Notes: generated by a model from the sequence alone, not told the origin. A DNA stretch of 64,000 bases from an uncultured Clostridium sp. (GCA_900553785.1 USES01000001.1:45995-109994), one strand, 5' to 3'. Positions 1 to 10,714 are shown, counted from the first letter of the stretch. Numbers and translations are program-made.

Positions 1-1
1 T

Positions 2-238
2 ATGATATATATAGGAGATGGATTTACAGATGTACCATGTATGAGACTAGTAAAAGATTACTTAGGCACATCTATTGCAGTATATGAGAAAAATGATGGA
101 AAGAGTGTGGCAGATAAACTTTTAAAACACAATAGGGTTAATTTTATTGCCAAAACAGATTACACAGAGGGCAGTGATATAGACATATATATTAAAGAAA
201 AACTTGACGAGATAGCTTTAAGGAGCAACCAATGTTAA
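2..238 (+). CDS. HAD-superfamily hydrolase, C-terminal fragment. The gene starts upstream of the window.
   Basis: Motif IYIGDGFTDVPCM matches the HAD motif IV GDGxNDxxM pattern. Its stop overlaps the prmC start (ATGTTAA). Confidence 0.45.
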   Translation: MIYIGDGFTDVPCMRLVKDYLGTSIAVYEKNDGKSVADKLLKHNRVNFIAKTDYTEGSDIDIYIKEKLDEIALRSNQC

Positions 239-1095
239 GAAAAGAATTGATTGATACATTGAGCAAAAAATATGATATATCTAGTGTAGATATATTTAAT
301 TCAGAACAGGATACAGTAGATAACATACTAGCATATATTCTGGGTAAGAAAGTACTTGATATTAAGCTTACAAGGAATATAGAGCTTTCTAAAAAAGAAA
401 CGAAGAAACTTGAAAATATGTTAGATAAACTTTGCAATAAGCACATTCCATATCAATATATAACTGAGGACGTATATATATATGGTTTGCACTTTTTTGT
501 GAATAAACATGTATTGATTCCAAGACAAGATACAGAATGTTTGATACATGAGGCTATTTCATATGTAAATATTAATCAGTATAAAACAATGTTAGATATG
601 TGTACAGGTAGCGGCATTGTGGGAATATGCGTAGCTAAGCTTAGCAATGTCCAAAATGTAGATATGACAGATATATCTCGAAGTGCTTTAAAGGTTGCTA
701 AAAAGAACATAGATGAATTGAATGTAAGTGGCAAGTGCCACGCTTATATATCTGATGTTTTTAAAAATGTAGACTTAACTAAAAAATATGATATAATAAC
801 AGCAAATCCACCATATGTAACTAAAGACGAATATGAAGGATTATCTTTGTATGTAAAAGAAGAACCATATATTGCGCTTGTGGCTTTAGATGACGGAATG
901 TATTTTTATAAAAAGATTGCAAAAGAGGCAAAGAATTATTTAAATAACGATGGAATGCTTGTATTTGAAATTGGTTTTTCTCAAGCAGATAAGGTAGTGG
1001 AAATATTAAAATCAGAAGAGTATAGCGATATTGTGGTAAAAAAGGATTTAAATTCAAATGATAGGGTGGTATCATGTCGTTTTCAGAAGAAATAA
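232..1095 (+). CDS. prmC: Release factor glutamine N5-methyltransferase PrmC/HemK
   Basis: 287 aa. The NPPY motif (ITANPPYV) and the SAM-binding DMCTGSGIVG motif are typical of the HemK family. Confidence 0.8.
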   Translation: MLRKELIDTLSKKYDISSVDIFNSEQDTVDNILAYILGKKVLDIKLTRNIELSKKETKKLENMLDKLCNKHIPYQYITEDVYIYGLHFFVNKHVLIPRQDTECLIHEAISYVNINQYKTMLDMCTGSGIVGICVAKLSNVQNVDMTDISRSALKVAKKNIDELNVSGKCHAYISDVFKNVDLTKKYDIITANPPYVTKDEYEGLSLYVKEEPYIALVALDDGMYFYKKIAKEAKNYLNNDGMLVFEIGFSQADKVVEILKSEEYSDIVVKKDLNSNDRVVSCRFQKK

Positions 1096-1775
1096 AAGAA
1101 GAAATATTAAACAAAGAGAAAATGAAAATGTGCTGTAAAAAAGCTATGCGATATGGTGAGCTTTTTACAGAGACATCTGAAATTACAGCAAAAGATATTA
1201 AAGACATTATATGTGATAGATTGTGCTGCAGAAAATCTTTTTTAAAAGGAGTTTTCTTGGGAAGTGGCTACATTGTTTCCCCTGAAAATGAGTATCACTT
1301 TGAAGTATCTTTAGAAACAAAGTCACAATCTAATTTTGTGATGTCGCTTTTTTCAGATTTTGATGTATCTGCAAAATGTATAAAAAGAAATAAATATGTT
1401 GTATATGTAAAAGATAGTGAAGGTATAAGCAATGTTTTAAGAATATTTGGCGCTACAACTTCGCTTATGAAGTTTGAAAATATACGTATAGAGAAAAGTA
1501 TAAAAAATGATATAAACAGAGGAATAAATTGTGAAACCGCAAATTTAAACAAAATAGTATCGTCTGCATACAGACAGATTCAGGCCATACAAAAATTAGA
1601 AGAAAACGGTACATATAATTCATTGAAAGATAAACAAAAGGAATTGTGTAAGCTAAGAAAAAAATTCCCAGATAAAAGTTTAGAGGAATTAGCCTCTTTA
1701 TGCAGTTACAGTATATCTAAATCAGGCGTGTATCACAGTTTGAATAAAATTGTAAAATTGGCAGGTATGATATGA
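1074..1775 (+). CDS. WhiA-like DNA-binding protein, short variant lacking the first LAGLIDADG-like domain
   Basis: The N-terminus MSFSEEIKEEI...KMCCKKA resembles WhiA MSFxxExKxEL...ECCxKAE. CCRKSFLKGVFLGSGY..PENEYHFEV resembles the second LAGLIDADG domain. The C-terminal NRGINCETANLNKIVSS HTH region is WhiA-like. At 233 aa it is much shorter than the ~315 aa typical for WhiA. Confidence 0.55.
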   Translation: MSFSEEIKEEILNKEKMKMCCKKAMRYGELFTETSEITAKDIKDIICDRLCCRKSFLKGVFLGSGYIVSPENEYHFEVSLETKSQSNFVMSLFSDFDVSAKCIKRNKYVVYVKDSEGISNVLRIFGATTSLMKFENIRIEKSIKNDINRGINCETANLNKIVSSAYRQIQAIQKLEENGTYNSLKDKQKELCKLRKKFPDKSLEELASLCSYSISKSGVYHSLNKIVKLAGMI

Positions 1776-2908
1776 AACTTGGTATATATATACATATACC
1801 ATTTTGCAAGTCACGATGTTTTTATTGTGACTTTTGTAGTATGGTATCAGATGATAATAGCATAATAAAGGAATACTTTAATACACTAGCTCAAGAAATT
1901 ATGCAAAATGCAGAATTGTTAGCAGAAAATGAAGTAGATACTATATATATAGGAGGTGGAACGCCAAGTATAGTTCCAGCTCAATATATATGCGATATTT
2001 TGAATCTAATTTCATCTTGTACACATATATCCGATGATCCTGAGATTACAGTAGAGGTAAATCCAGAAAGTGTTACATCTGAAAAATTAGAAATGTATAG
2101 AAAAAGTGGTATAAATAGGATAAGTATGGGACTGCAAAGTGCCAATGACAATGTATTAAAGGCTATAGGAAGAGTAACTACAAAACAAATGTTTTTGAAT
2201 GCGTATAATAAAATAAAAAATGCAGGGTTTACTAATATATCTACGGACATAATATGTGGTTTGCCTCAAGATACTATAGAAAGTTTTAAAGATACACTTG
2301 ATTTTGTTTTGAAGCTGGACAGTATAAAACATATATCTGTATATAGCTTAGAATTGCATGAAAAAAGTAAACTAGATTTCCTTGTAAAAAATGGTTTCGT
2401 TACACTTCCAGATGAAGATACTGAAAGAAAAATGTTTTATATAGTAAAGGATATGCTAAAAAATAACGGTTTTGAAATGTACGAAATTTCTAATTTTGCA
2501 AAGTCTGGATTTAAGTCACATCATAATTTAAAGTACTGGTCTGGCTTACCTTATTTAGGTTTTGGAGCATCTGCGTCAAGCTTTATAAATTCTACTAGAT
2601 ATTCCAATACTAGTGATATAAAAGAGTATATTGCTTGCAAAAATGAAGCTTGCTTTAAAAAGTGCGACATAGAAGAATTGGATTTGCTAGATTTAGAAAA
2701 AGAATTTGTAATATTGGGTTTAAGAAAAACAGAGGGTATAAATATAAACGAATTTAAAAGTAAATTTAAAGTAGATATATACTCTATATTTGGCCAGGAA
2801 ATAAACAAGTTTTTAAATAATGGCCTATTAGAAAAAAACGGTGAAAACATTAGGCTTACAGATAGAGGACAAGATTTAGCCAATACAGTTTGGCAGGAAT
2901 TTATATAA
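1772..2908 (+). CDS. hemW: Radical SAM heme chaperone HemW (HemN-like, oxygen-independent coproporphyrinogen oxidase family)
   Basis: The N-terminal IYIHIPFCKSRCFYCDF CxxxCxxC radical-SAM motif; 378 aa. Confidence 0.8.
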   Translation: MKLGIYIHIPFCKSRCFYCDFCSMVSDDNSIIKEYFNTLAQEIMQNAELLAENEVDTIYIGGGTPSIVPAQYICDILNLISSCTHISDDPEITVEVNPESVTSEKLEMYRKSGINRISMGLQSANDNVLKAIGRVTTKQMFLNAYNKIKNAGFTNISTDIICGLPQDTIESFKDTLDFVLKLDSIKHISVYSLELHEKSKLDFLVKNGFVTLPDEDTERKMFYIVKDMLKNNGFEMYEISNFAKSGFKSHHNLKYWSGLPYLGFGASASSFINSTRYSNTSDIKEYIACKNEACFKKCDIEELDLLDLEKEFVILGLRKTEGININEFKSKFKVDIYSIFGQEINKFLNNGLLEKNGENIRLTDRGQDLANTVWQEFI

Positions 2909-2925
2909 ATTTTAAAGAGGTAATT

Positions 2926-5652
2926 ATGGAAAATAAAGAAGAAATAAAAGAAAATAGCTTTCTTATAATTGATGGAAACAGCATAATGAATAGGGCATTT
3001 TATGGAATAAAGTTACTTGCTACAAAAGATGGACTATATACAAATGCAATATATGGTTTTTTGAACATATATTTTATGATGCAAGAGAAACTTAGTCCTA
3101 AGTATGTTGCTGTTGCATTTGATGTGAGTGCACCAACATTTAGACATGAAATGTATAGTGAATATAAAGCTGGACGTCATGCAATGCCGGTGGAATTAAA
3201 GTCACAAATGCCACTTATAAAAGAAGTGCTTGATGCGCTTAATATTCCTATACTAGAAAAAGAAGGCTTTGAAGCAGATGATATTTTAGGTACAATTGCT
3301 GCTAGAAACACTGAAAATGGCATACCTACATATATACTTACTGGAGATAGAGATTCATTTCAGCTTATTTCAGACACAGCCACTGTAGTTTTACCAACAA
3401 CTAAACTGGGAAAAACGGAGTATACGTATTATACACCAGAACTGTTATATGAAAAGTATTCTGTAAAACCAAATCAAGTCCCGGATGTAAAAGCTCTTAT
3501 GGGAGATAGTTCGGATAATATTCCTGGAGTTCCTGGAATAGGTGAGAAAACAGCCTATCCTTTAATAAACAAATATGGAAGTATCGAGAAAATTTATGAA
3601 AATGTAAGAGGTTTAGATATAAGCCCATCTGTTATGGGAAAACTAGAAAAGTTCGAAGATAGTGCAAGGCAAAGTAAGATATTAGCTACAATAAATACGA
3701 ATGTAGAATTAGATATTGATTATGAAAAGCTTAAACTTACTGAACCTAATATGCCAGAGTTAATTAAACTATTTACTCGTTTTGAGTTTAAGAAGTTCAT
3801 AGAAAAGTTTACAAAAGATTTAGATGGTGAGCTTGACATAGCCACAAACAATGAAAAAGAGTTTTATAAAGAGTTCTCGCTTACAAAATATGTGGATATT
3901 AATAGTAATGAAAATTTAGATAATTTAAAGAATATCAATGAAAAGTTTTCAATTGCAATAATAGATAATGTATCTTCTAAACTTAATAATGCTTTGTACG
4001 TATATTCTGGTAAAACAATTTATATTATACATGAAAGACTTTTTAAAGAAGCTTTGGGAGTTATATGTAGTTTGAATGTGGAAAAAGTAGCATATAACTT
4101 AAAGAAAATTGAAAGAATTGCGTTTGATTTAGGAATATTTGATTTTAATGGTTTTAACTCAGATATAATGATTGAATATTATTTACTTCATGCAAGTGAA
4201 AATAATTATACAATAGAAAATATAGCGTATAATGTAATAGATGTTCCATCACCTAAAATTAACGTAGTAAAAACAAATGTTCAAACTACACTTTTTGATA
4301 TGTTGGATTCTAACCCAGAAAGAAATATATATAACAGTAACTTATCTGACGATGAAAAAAAGTATATATATTATGTTATGTCTAGCATATTAAAAGTAAA
4401 TGATATACTTTGTAAAGAATTACAAAAAAATGAGCTAGATAAGCTATATAATGAAATTGAAATACCTTTAGTAGAAGTTTTGGCTGCAACAGAACATAAT
4501 GGAATGTATGTGGATAAAGAACGTTTAATTGAATTTGGCAATACCATTACGAGTAGAATAAATGAAATTACTAAAAGAATTCATGAATTATCTGGAGAAG
4601 ACTTTAATATAAACTCACCTCAACAATTAGCACACGTATTGTTTGAAGTATTAAATATACCTTATCCTAAAAAGACAAAATCTAGTTATTCTACAGATAA
4701 AGAAACTTTAGAAAGTATAGTAGGGGATTATGAGATAATAGATTTAGTACTAGAATACAGAACGTACGCAAAGTTGAAAAGTACGTACGTTGATGGCCTT
4801 CTTGATGTTATAGGATCAGATGGAAGAATACATACAACGTTTACACAAACTGTTACCGTAACAGGAAGACTTAGTAGTATAGAGCCTAATCTTCAGAACA
4901 TACCAGTAAAAACTGAGATTGGCGGAAAAATACGAGATTGCTTTACAAGTCAGAATGATAACTTAATTATAGATGCGGATTATAGTCAAATAGAACTTAG
5001 AGTTTTAGCACATATGTCTGAGGATAGAGAACTTATAAAGGGGTTTGTAGATGATATAGATATACATAGTATTACTGCATCTCAAGTTTTTGGAGTTCCT
5101 CTATCTAAAGTTACAAAAGAGCTGAGAAGCAAAGCTAAAGCAGTAAACTTTGGTATAGTTTATGGAATAAGTGAATATGGTTTAGCCAAGAATATCAATT
5201 CTACGAGACCTGATGCGGCAAGATATATGAGAAACTACTTAACTCATTACAGTGGAGTAGATTCATATATGAAACGCGTTATAGAAGAGGCAAAAGAAAA
5301 TGGTGTAGTAAAAACTATATTTGGCAGAATGAGAAACGTACCGGAATTGAAATCTGCAAATTATTTAACAAGAAACTTTGGCGAACGTATTGCTATGAAT
5401 ATGCCAATACAAGGAACTGCAGCAGATATAATGAAACTTGCTATGATAAAAGTATATAAAACCATAAAAGAAAGACACCTTACATCTAAACTTATAATGC
5501 AAGTACATGATGAGTTGCTTATAGAAGCTCCTCCTTGTGAAGTAGAAGAGGTAAAACAAATATTAAAAGATAGTATGGAAAATGCAACTTTATTAAAAGT
5601 ACCACTTAAGGTAGATGTTAATGTTGGGAAAACTTGGCTAGAAGCTAAATAA
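2926..5652 (+). CDS. polA: DNA polymerase I
   Basis: A 5'-3' exonuclease N-terminal domain (GDRDSFQL, helix-hairpin-helix region). The C-terminal pol domain carries motifs DYSQIELR and QVHDELL. The likely start is ATG at 2926 after an AAGAGG RBS. Confidence 0.9.
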   Translation: MENKEEIKENSFLIIDGNSIMNRAFYGIKLLATKDGLYTNAIYGFLNIYFMMQEKLSPKYVAVAFDVSAPTFRHEMYSEYKAGRHAMPVELKSQMPLIKEVLDALNIPILEKEGFEADDILGTIAARNTENGIPTYILTGDRDSFQLISDTATVVLPTTKLGKTEYTYYTPELLYEKYSVKPNQVPDVKALMGDSSDNIPGVPGIGEKTAYPLINKYGSIEKIYENVRGLDISPSVMGKLEKFEDSARQSKILATINTNVELDIDYEKLKLTEPNMPELIKLFTRFEFKKFIEKFTKDLDGELDIATNNEKEFYKEFSLTKYVDINSNENLDNLKNINEKFSIAIIDNVSSKLNNALYVYSGKTIYIIHERLFKEALGVICSLNVEKVAYNLKKIERIAFDLGIFDFNGFNSDIMIEYYLLHASENNYTIENIAYNVIDVPSPKINVVKTNVQTTLFDMLDSNPERNIYNSNLSDDEKKYIYYVMSSILKVNDILCKELQKNELDKLYNEIEIPLVEVLAATEHNGMYVDKERLIEFGNTITSRINEITKRIHELSGEDFNINSPQQLAHVLFEVLNIPYPKKTKSSYSTDKETLESIVGDYEIIDLVLEYRTYAKLKSTYVDGLLDVIGSDGRIHTTFTQTVTVTGRLSSIEPNLQNIPVKTEIGGKIRDCFTSQNDNLIIDADYSQIELRVLAHMSEDRELIKGFVDDIDIHSITASQVFGVPLSKVTKELRSKAKAVNFGIVYGISEYGLAKNINSTRPDAARYMRNYLTHYSGVDSYMKRVIEEAKENGVVKTIFGRMRNVPELKSANYLTRNFGERIAMNMPIQGTAADIMKLAMIKVYKTIKERHLTSKLIMQVHDELLIEAPPCEVEEVKQILKDSMENATLLKVPLKVDVNVGKTWLEAK

Positions 5653-5663
5653 AAGGAGAGTAT

Positions 5664-6209
5664 ATGGTGAAAAAAATAGCAATAATATGTGTAATTATTG
5701 TTACGCTATATTTTAGTATAATGTTAATTTTAAAAAACGTATTTTATCCAAAAAAATATAAAGAATATGTAGATAAATATAGCGCTCTGTACTCAGTTGA
5801 TCCGGATTTAGTGTATTCTGTGATTAAACAAGAAAGTAATTTTAATGATGAATCTATGTCTAGCAAAGGTGCAGAAGGTTTGATGCAGCTGATGCCTACA
5901 ACCGCTAGAGAAGTGTCACAAGATATAAATAGTGTAAATGAAGATGATTTTGATTTAAAAGATAAAGAAACAAATGTAAATATAGGAGTAAAATACTTGT
6001 CATACCTTATAGAAAGGTACAATGGAAACATGTATATAGCACTTGCTGCGTATAATGCAGGACTTGGAAATGTAGATAAATGGTTTAAAGAGGATATTTT
6101 AAGTTACGATAGTTATGAAAAAATACTAAAAAATATCAAGTTCAATGAAACTAAAAGGTATGTGTCAAATGTTATAAAATACTATAACATGTACAAAAAA
6201 TTGTATTAA
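5664..6209 (+). CDS. Lytic transglycosylase (SLT domain) with N-terminal membrane anchor
   Basis: N-terminal TM helix. An SLT signature (ESNFNDESMSSKGAEGLMQLMPTTA, AYNAG). Confidence 0.75.
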   Translation: MVKKIAIICVIIVTLYFSIMLILKNVFYPKKYKEYVDKYSALYSVDPDLVYSVIKQESNFNDESMSSKGAEGLMQLMPTTAREVSQDINSVNEDDFDLKDKETNVNIGVKYLSYLIERYNGNMYIALAAYNAGLGNVDKWFKEDILSYDSYEKILKNIKFNETKRYVSNVIKYYNMYKKLY

Positions 6210-6296
6210 AAGCATAAAAAATAGAGATAAAGACTGTTAAACAAGAGATACTTATGTTATAATACTTCAAGGAGTTTAAGGAAGGAGTGAAGGTTT

Positions 6297-7019
6297 ATGT
6301 CAGGACATTCAAAATGGGCAAATATTAAAAGAAGAAAAGAAGCAGTAGATGGTAAGAAAGCGCAAATATATTCAAAATTAGGTGTAGAAATTACTGCTGC
6401 TGTAAAGCAAGGGGGACCTGATCCTTCTGTAAATGCAAAGCTTAGAGATGTAATATCAAAAGCTAAATCTAATAATATGCCAAATGATAATATAACACGT
6501 TGTATTCAAAAAGCAGCTGGCCTTGGAAGCGGTGGCAATTATGAAGAAATAACATATGAAGGGTTTGGACCATATGGTGTGGCTGTTATTGTAGAAAGCT
6601 TAACAGATAATAAAAATAGAGCAGCAGCGGATATTAGATGTATATTTGATAGAAGCGGTGGTACTATGGGGCAAAGTGGTTCTGTAAGTTATATGTTCGA
6701 AAAGAAAGGTGTCTTTGTTATTGCAAGAACACCAGATATAGATGAAGATGAACTTATGATGCAAGTTTTAGATAATGGAGCAACAGATTTTGATTCAGAT
6801 GAAGAATATTTTGAAATAACTTGTGAACCAGCTAATTTTTCTCGTCTTAGAGATTTTATAGAAAGTGCTGGATACAAGACAGAAGAAGCTGAACTTAGAA
6901 TGGTACCAACAATGAAAAAAGAACTTGATGATGAACAGATGGAAAAGTTTGAGATTTTTATAGACAAATTAGAATCTAATGATGATGTTCAATGTGTATG
7001 GCATAATGCAGATGTTTAG
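6297..7019 (+). CDS. YebC/PmpR-family transcriptional regulatory protein
   Basis: MSGHSKWANIKRRK N-terminus; 240 aa. Confidence 0.9.
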   Translation: MSGHSKWANIKRRKEAVDGKKAQIYSKLGVEITAAVKQGGPDPSVNAKLRDVISKAKSNNMPNDNITRCIQKAAGLGSGGNYEEITYEGFGPYGVAVIVESLTDNKNRAAADIRCIFDRSGGTMGQSGSVSYMFEKKGVFVIARTPDIDEDELMMQVLDNGATDFDSDEEYFEITCEPANFSRLRDFIESAGYKTEEAELRMVPTMKKELDDEQMEKFEIFIDKLESNDDVQCVWHNADV

Positions 7020-7030
7020 TAAATATATGT

Positions 7031-7066
7031 GTCTTGAATACCTTTAACGTATTCGAGACATTTTTG
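7031..7066 (+). terminator. Rho-independent terminator after the yebC-like gene
   Basis: Inverted repeat GTCTTGAATAC..GTATTCGAGAC followed by ATTTTT. Confidence 0.6.
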
Positions 7067-7077
7067 TAAACATAATA

Positions 7078-7106
7078 TTGACTTTACATAAAAAATGTGC
7101 TATAAT
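7078..7106 (+). promoter_or_regulatory. Sigma-A-type promoter
   Basis: TTGACT, a 17-bp spacer, then TGcTATAAT (extended -10), located upstream of the 7155 gene. Confidence 0.55.
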
Positions 7107-7154
7107 TGTAAATGTAATTAGAAATAATTACTATGTTAAAAAGGAGGTAATATT

Positions 7155-7697
7155 ATGTATTATGAAAATAAGAGGACTTTCTACTTAAAACAATATGGAC
7201 CAGCAGTTATACTTTTATTTGTAGCGCTTATTCTTATAGGAACAGGTATATATATAGCAGTTAAACCGGATTCTGAAGATGTAGCTAATAATAATAAAAC
7301 TCCTAACGTAGTTGATAATTATATATTATCTGACCAAGCATATGAAGGTAAAGTAGTATCAGTAAATGGTTTAAGCATTAAGGTTGAATCAGATGGTACA
7401 ACTAATGAAGTATATTTGATAGGAATAAAACCAAATAAACACAATAAAGAATTATCTAATCAAATATCTAATGACCTTGTGGGTAAGACAGTAACTGTTG
7501 ATTTTGATAATGTTAAAGTAGAAAAAGGTAAAACATACGCTTATATATATGTAGACAAAAGTTTATATAATGAAAGCTTACTTGCAAGCGGCGTAGCAGA
7601 ATTAAGATCAGAAAGACAGAATATCAATAAGTTGGACATTTTACTTGCAGCAGAACATCAAGCAAAGCATGATGGAAAAGGAATTTGGTCATACTAA
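7155..7697 (+). CDS. Membrane-anchored thermonuclease (SNase-like) domain protein
   Basis: N-terminal TM helix. The C-terminal region resembles the staphylococcal nuclease fold (VYLIGIKPN..., LDILLAAEHQAKHDGKGIW). Confidence 0.55.
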   Translation: MYYENKRTFYLKQYGPAVILLFVALILIGTGIYIAVKPDSEDVANNNKTPNVVDNYILSDQAYEGKVVSVNGLSIKVESDGTTNEVYLIGIKPNKHNKELSNQISNDLVGKTVTVDFDNVKVEKGKTYAYIYVDKSLYNESLLASGVAELRSERQNINKLDILLAAEHQAKHDGKGIWSY

Positions 7698-7794
7698 AAA
7701 ATGCATGCTGACTAAAGAAAACTTTAGTTTTCATATATAACCTCTTATAATCGCTTCTATCATATGGTAGGGGCGACTTTTTATGCCTTTTTAC

Positions 7795-7823
7795 TTCACA
7801 AAAAAGGTGGTATATGGTATACT
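7795..7823 (+). promoter_or_regulatory. Sigma-A-type promoter for the polysaccharide operon
   Basis: TTCACA, a 17-bp spacer, then TATACT, ~35 bp upstream of the 7856 start. Confidence 0.5.
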
Positions 7824-7855
7824 ATATATGCAAACTTTGAAAGAAAGGATGTTAA

Positions 7856-9166
7856 ATGAAAGAAAAGATTTCGAGGCTATATTCACCTCGTTTTATAGAA
7901 ATGTTTTTTATATTATTCCCAATTATTGAAGTACTTACATCAATTTTGAAAAGAAATTTTGATGTTCGTTTTTCACCTGGAATAGTATATAAAGCAATAT
8001 TTTTAATATATGCTGTAATATATTTGGTAGTTATAAATAAAAAAAATAGAAAAATTTTATCTGTGTTAATGCTTGCTATAGTTGCTTTTGGTGCAACTAA
8101 TTTGTGTGTGATAGGACTTAGTTTTGATAGCCTAAGCAATCTCTCAAATTTGCTCACATTTATATTGTCTGTAATGTTTTTTTATGCATATATAGGTAAT
8201 GGCAACAAAATTAGGATAGAGTCAATAGTTTATTGTGTATTAGTATATTGTACACTAATAAAATTGGCTGAGTTAACAGGAACACAGCTTGCTACATATA
8301 GAGGTGATTTGAGCTTAGGTACGAAAGGTTGGTATTACTCTGGAAATGAGCTAAGTGCTATACTTTCAATATTCTTACCGGTTGTTATTTATTATGCAGC
8401 AAATACATTGAGTTTTACTGGTATTATTACACTACTTTTGCAAATACAAACATTATTATCAATAGGAACAAAAACCTCTTTAATAGTTCCACTTCTTGTT
8501 ACTATACTATATAGCGTATTGACAGTTATAAATTGGATAACCAATAAATCTTTAATAAATAAGAAATTATTATGTATGTTGTTAATTGTAATTGCTTTTA
8601 TGGCATGTATATTACCTAATATGGCTTCATATAAATTTTCTGTTCTAAGAATGAAAGAAAATATTAAAGATACGTCTTTAAATAGTGATGTTGATAGTGA
8701 GTCAGTGAATTTAAAAAACAACTCAAAAGATGGCTTAGATAACTTTATTTTAAACGGAAGATCGAATTTTTTGAAATTACAGAAAGAATTATATTCTAAT
8801 ACGACTTTGTTAGAGAAATTGTTTGGAGTAAAATATCAAAATAGATTAGGGTATGATAATGATAAACAGATTAAAACAATGGAAATTGATATATACGATA
8901 TAGCTATTAACTTTGGAATAGCGGGTGTAGTTTTATTTTATTTTTCTATTGTATTTTGCGTTGTTTCTTATATATATAAAAGATTTAGCATAAAAAAAAT
9001 TGAAACTAACAATGAAGGCATTGCTATGTTTATGAGTTTATGTATTGCAATAGCTATATCTTGTATAGCAGGCCACGTTATGACTTCGTCTACAATAGTG
9101 ATATTTGTTGCATACCTTGTAGGTGAATTATCTGACATTAGCAAATTGAATAAAAGGGGAAATTAA
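7856..9166 (+). CDS. Polytopic membrane protein, Wzy/O-antigen-ligase-like (putative polysaccharide polymerase), paralog 1
   Basis: 436 aa with about 10 hydrophobic helices. It is clearly homologous to the N-terminal 440 aa of the 14599 gene (e.g. GTKGWYYSGNELSAILSIFLPVVIYY vs GKKGWFYSANEIGQLLTVLYPIVLYK). Confidence 0.6.
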   Translation: MKEKISRLYSPRFIEMFFILFPIIEVLTSILKRNFDVRFSPGIVYKAIFLIYAVIYLVVINKKNRKILSVLMLAIVAFGATNLCVIGLSFDSLSNLSNLLTFILSVMFFYAYIGNGNKIRIESIVYCVLVYCTLIKLAELTGTQLATYRGDLSLGTKGWYYSGNELSAILSIFLPVVIYYAANTLSFTGIITLLLQIQTLLSIGTKTSLIVPLLVTILYSVLTVINWITNKSLINKKLLCMLLIVIAFMACILPNMASYKFSVLRMKENIKDTSLNSDVDSESVNLKNNSKDGLDNFILNGRSNFLKLQKELYSNTTLLEKLFGVKYQNRLGYDNDKQIKTMEIDIYDIAINFGIAGVVLFYFSIVFCVVSYIYKRFSIKKIETNNEGIAMFMSLCIAIAISCIAGHVMTSSTIVIFVAYLVGELSDISKLNKRGN

Positions 9167-10711
9167 ATGAAAGATAAAAAAAGATTATATGTAAATATTA
9201 TAGCAACAATTATGTCGTTTGCAGTTAATATGGGAATAAGCTTTTTCTTGACACCGTATGTTGTAAAGTACATAGGGGTAGCTTCTAATGGATTTGTAGG
9301 ACTAGCTAATAACTTTGTGTCATATGCACAACTATTCACTGTAGCTTTAAACTCAATGGCAGGTAGGTTTATTACAATAAAAATACATCAAAAGGATGAT
9401 GATGGGGCAAGTAGATACTTTTCGTCAGTTATTATAGCGAATATTTTAATTTCAGTGATATTAACTATAGGATTTGGAATTGTAATATTATTTATAAACA
9501 AGCTTTTTGATATACCTGATGAACTAATTACTGATGTAAGACTTTTATGGGCTTTTATATTTGCTAATTTTATATTAAGTGTGTATACTTCAATATTTAG
9601 TACGGCTACGTTTGTAAAGGAAAGATTAGATTTATCTTCAATAGCAAACATAATAGGTTATATATTAAGAGCAGTAATTTTAATAATATTTTACGTTATG
9701 GTTAAATCCACTGTTGTATGGTATATGGGACTTGCCACGTTCTGTTCAGGTGCATTTTTACTTGCAATTAACGCCGCATATAAAAAACGTTTGCTACCTG
9801 AATTAAAGTTTTCAAAGGACAAGTTTGACTTTAAAGCGATAAAAGAACTGATTGCTTCAGGAATCTGGAATACAATAACAAAATTAAGCTCAATTTTATC
9901 TAGTGGACTAGATTTGTTGATATCCAATATATTTGTAAGTGCTACGGCAATGGGAATTCTTTCAATTACTAAAACAATTCCTACAAATATGTTATCATTC
10001 TTTGCTGCAATAGGTTACGTATTTGCACCACAAATAACTATAAACTATGCAAAGGAAAACTATGATGAAATAAAAAAACAGGTCATTTATGCTATAAGGT
10101 TATTATCTATGTTTTCTAGTATTGCCTTAGCTGCATTATTTGCTTTTGGTAAAGAGTTTTACTCACTATGGCAACCAACACAAGATAGCACACAATTATA
10201 CATTTTAACTATAATTTCATGCTTGCAACATGTATTTTGTATGCCACTAGAACCTTTATACAACATATTTACGGCTACTAATAAAATAAAAGCATCATCA
10301 ATTGCTTTAATCATATCTAGCACATTAACAATACTTACAGTATTCGTGTCATTAAATTTTGCTACTACAGATATGGCAAAGCTTATGATAATTGCAGGTA
10401 CAAGCACTATAATGGAAATGATTAGAGTATTGGTATTTTTGCCTATGTATGGAGCTAAGTGTATAAGATGTAAAAAAGGCACATTCTATCCAATAATTTT
10501 AAAAAATACAATATCTTTCGTAGTCATAACTGGTGTAGGTCTTTTAATGAAAAATGTATATAGCATAACCAGCTGGGGTAAATTAGTGGTAGCTCTAATT
10601 ATGCTTGGTATTATAGGATTTTCATTAAATCTTGTATTCTTACTTAATAAGGAAGATAGAGCAAAATTTTTATCTAAAATAAAGAATAAATTAAAAAGAC
10701 AAGGAGAGTAG
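9167..10711 (+). CDS. wzx: Wzx-type oligosaccharide flippase (polysaccharide biosynthesis protein, MOP superfamily)
   Basis: 514 aa with ~12-14 TM helices and the typical Wzx N-terminal organisation. Confidence 0.65.
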   Translation: MKDKKRLYVNIIATIMSFAVNMGISFFLTPYVVKYIGVASNGFVGLANNFVSYAQLFTVALNSMAGRFITIKIHQKDDDGASRYFSSVIIANILISVILTIGFGIVILFINKLFDIPDELITDVRLLWAFIFANFILSVYTSIFSTATFVKERLDLSSIANIIGYILRAVILIIFYVMVKSTVVWYMGLATFCSGAFLLAINAAYKKRLLPELKFSKDKFDFKAIKELIASGIWNTITKLSSILSSGLDLLISNIFVSATAMGILSITKTIPTNMLSFFAAIGYVFAPQITINYAKENYDEIKKQVIYAIRLLSMFSSIALAALFAFGKEFYSLWQPTQDSTQLYILTIISCLQHVFCMPLEPLYNIFTATNKIKASSIALIISSTLTILTVFVSLNFATTDMAKLMIIAGTSTIMEMIRVLVFLPMYGAKCIRCKKGTFYPIILKNTISFVVITGVGLLMKNVYSITSWGKLVVALIMLGIIGFSLNLVFLLNKEDRAKFLSKIKNKLKRQGE

Positions 10712-10714
10712 TAT

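Noticed and set aside
7698-7760. A terminator hairpin GAAAACTTTAGTTTTC after the SNase-like gene
   Set aside because: The stem is perfect but the loop is only 2 nt and no U tract follows. It is not convincing as an intrinsic terminator.
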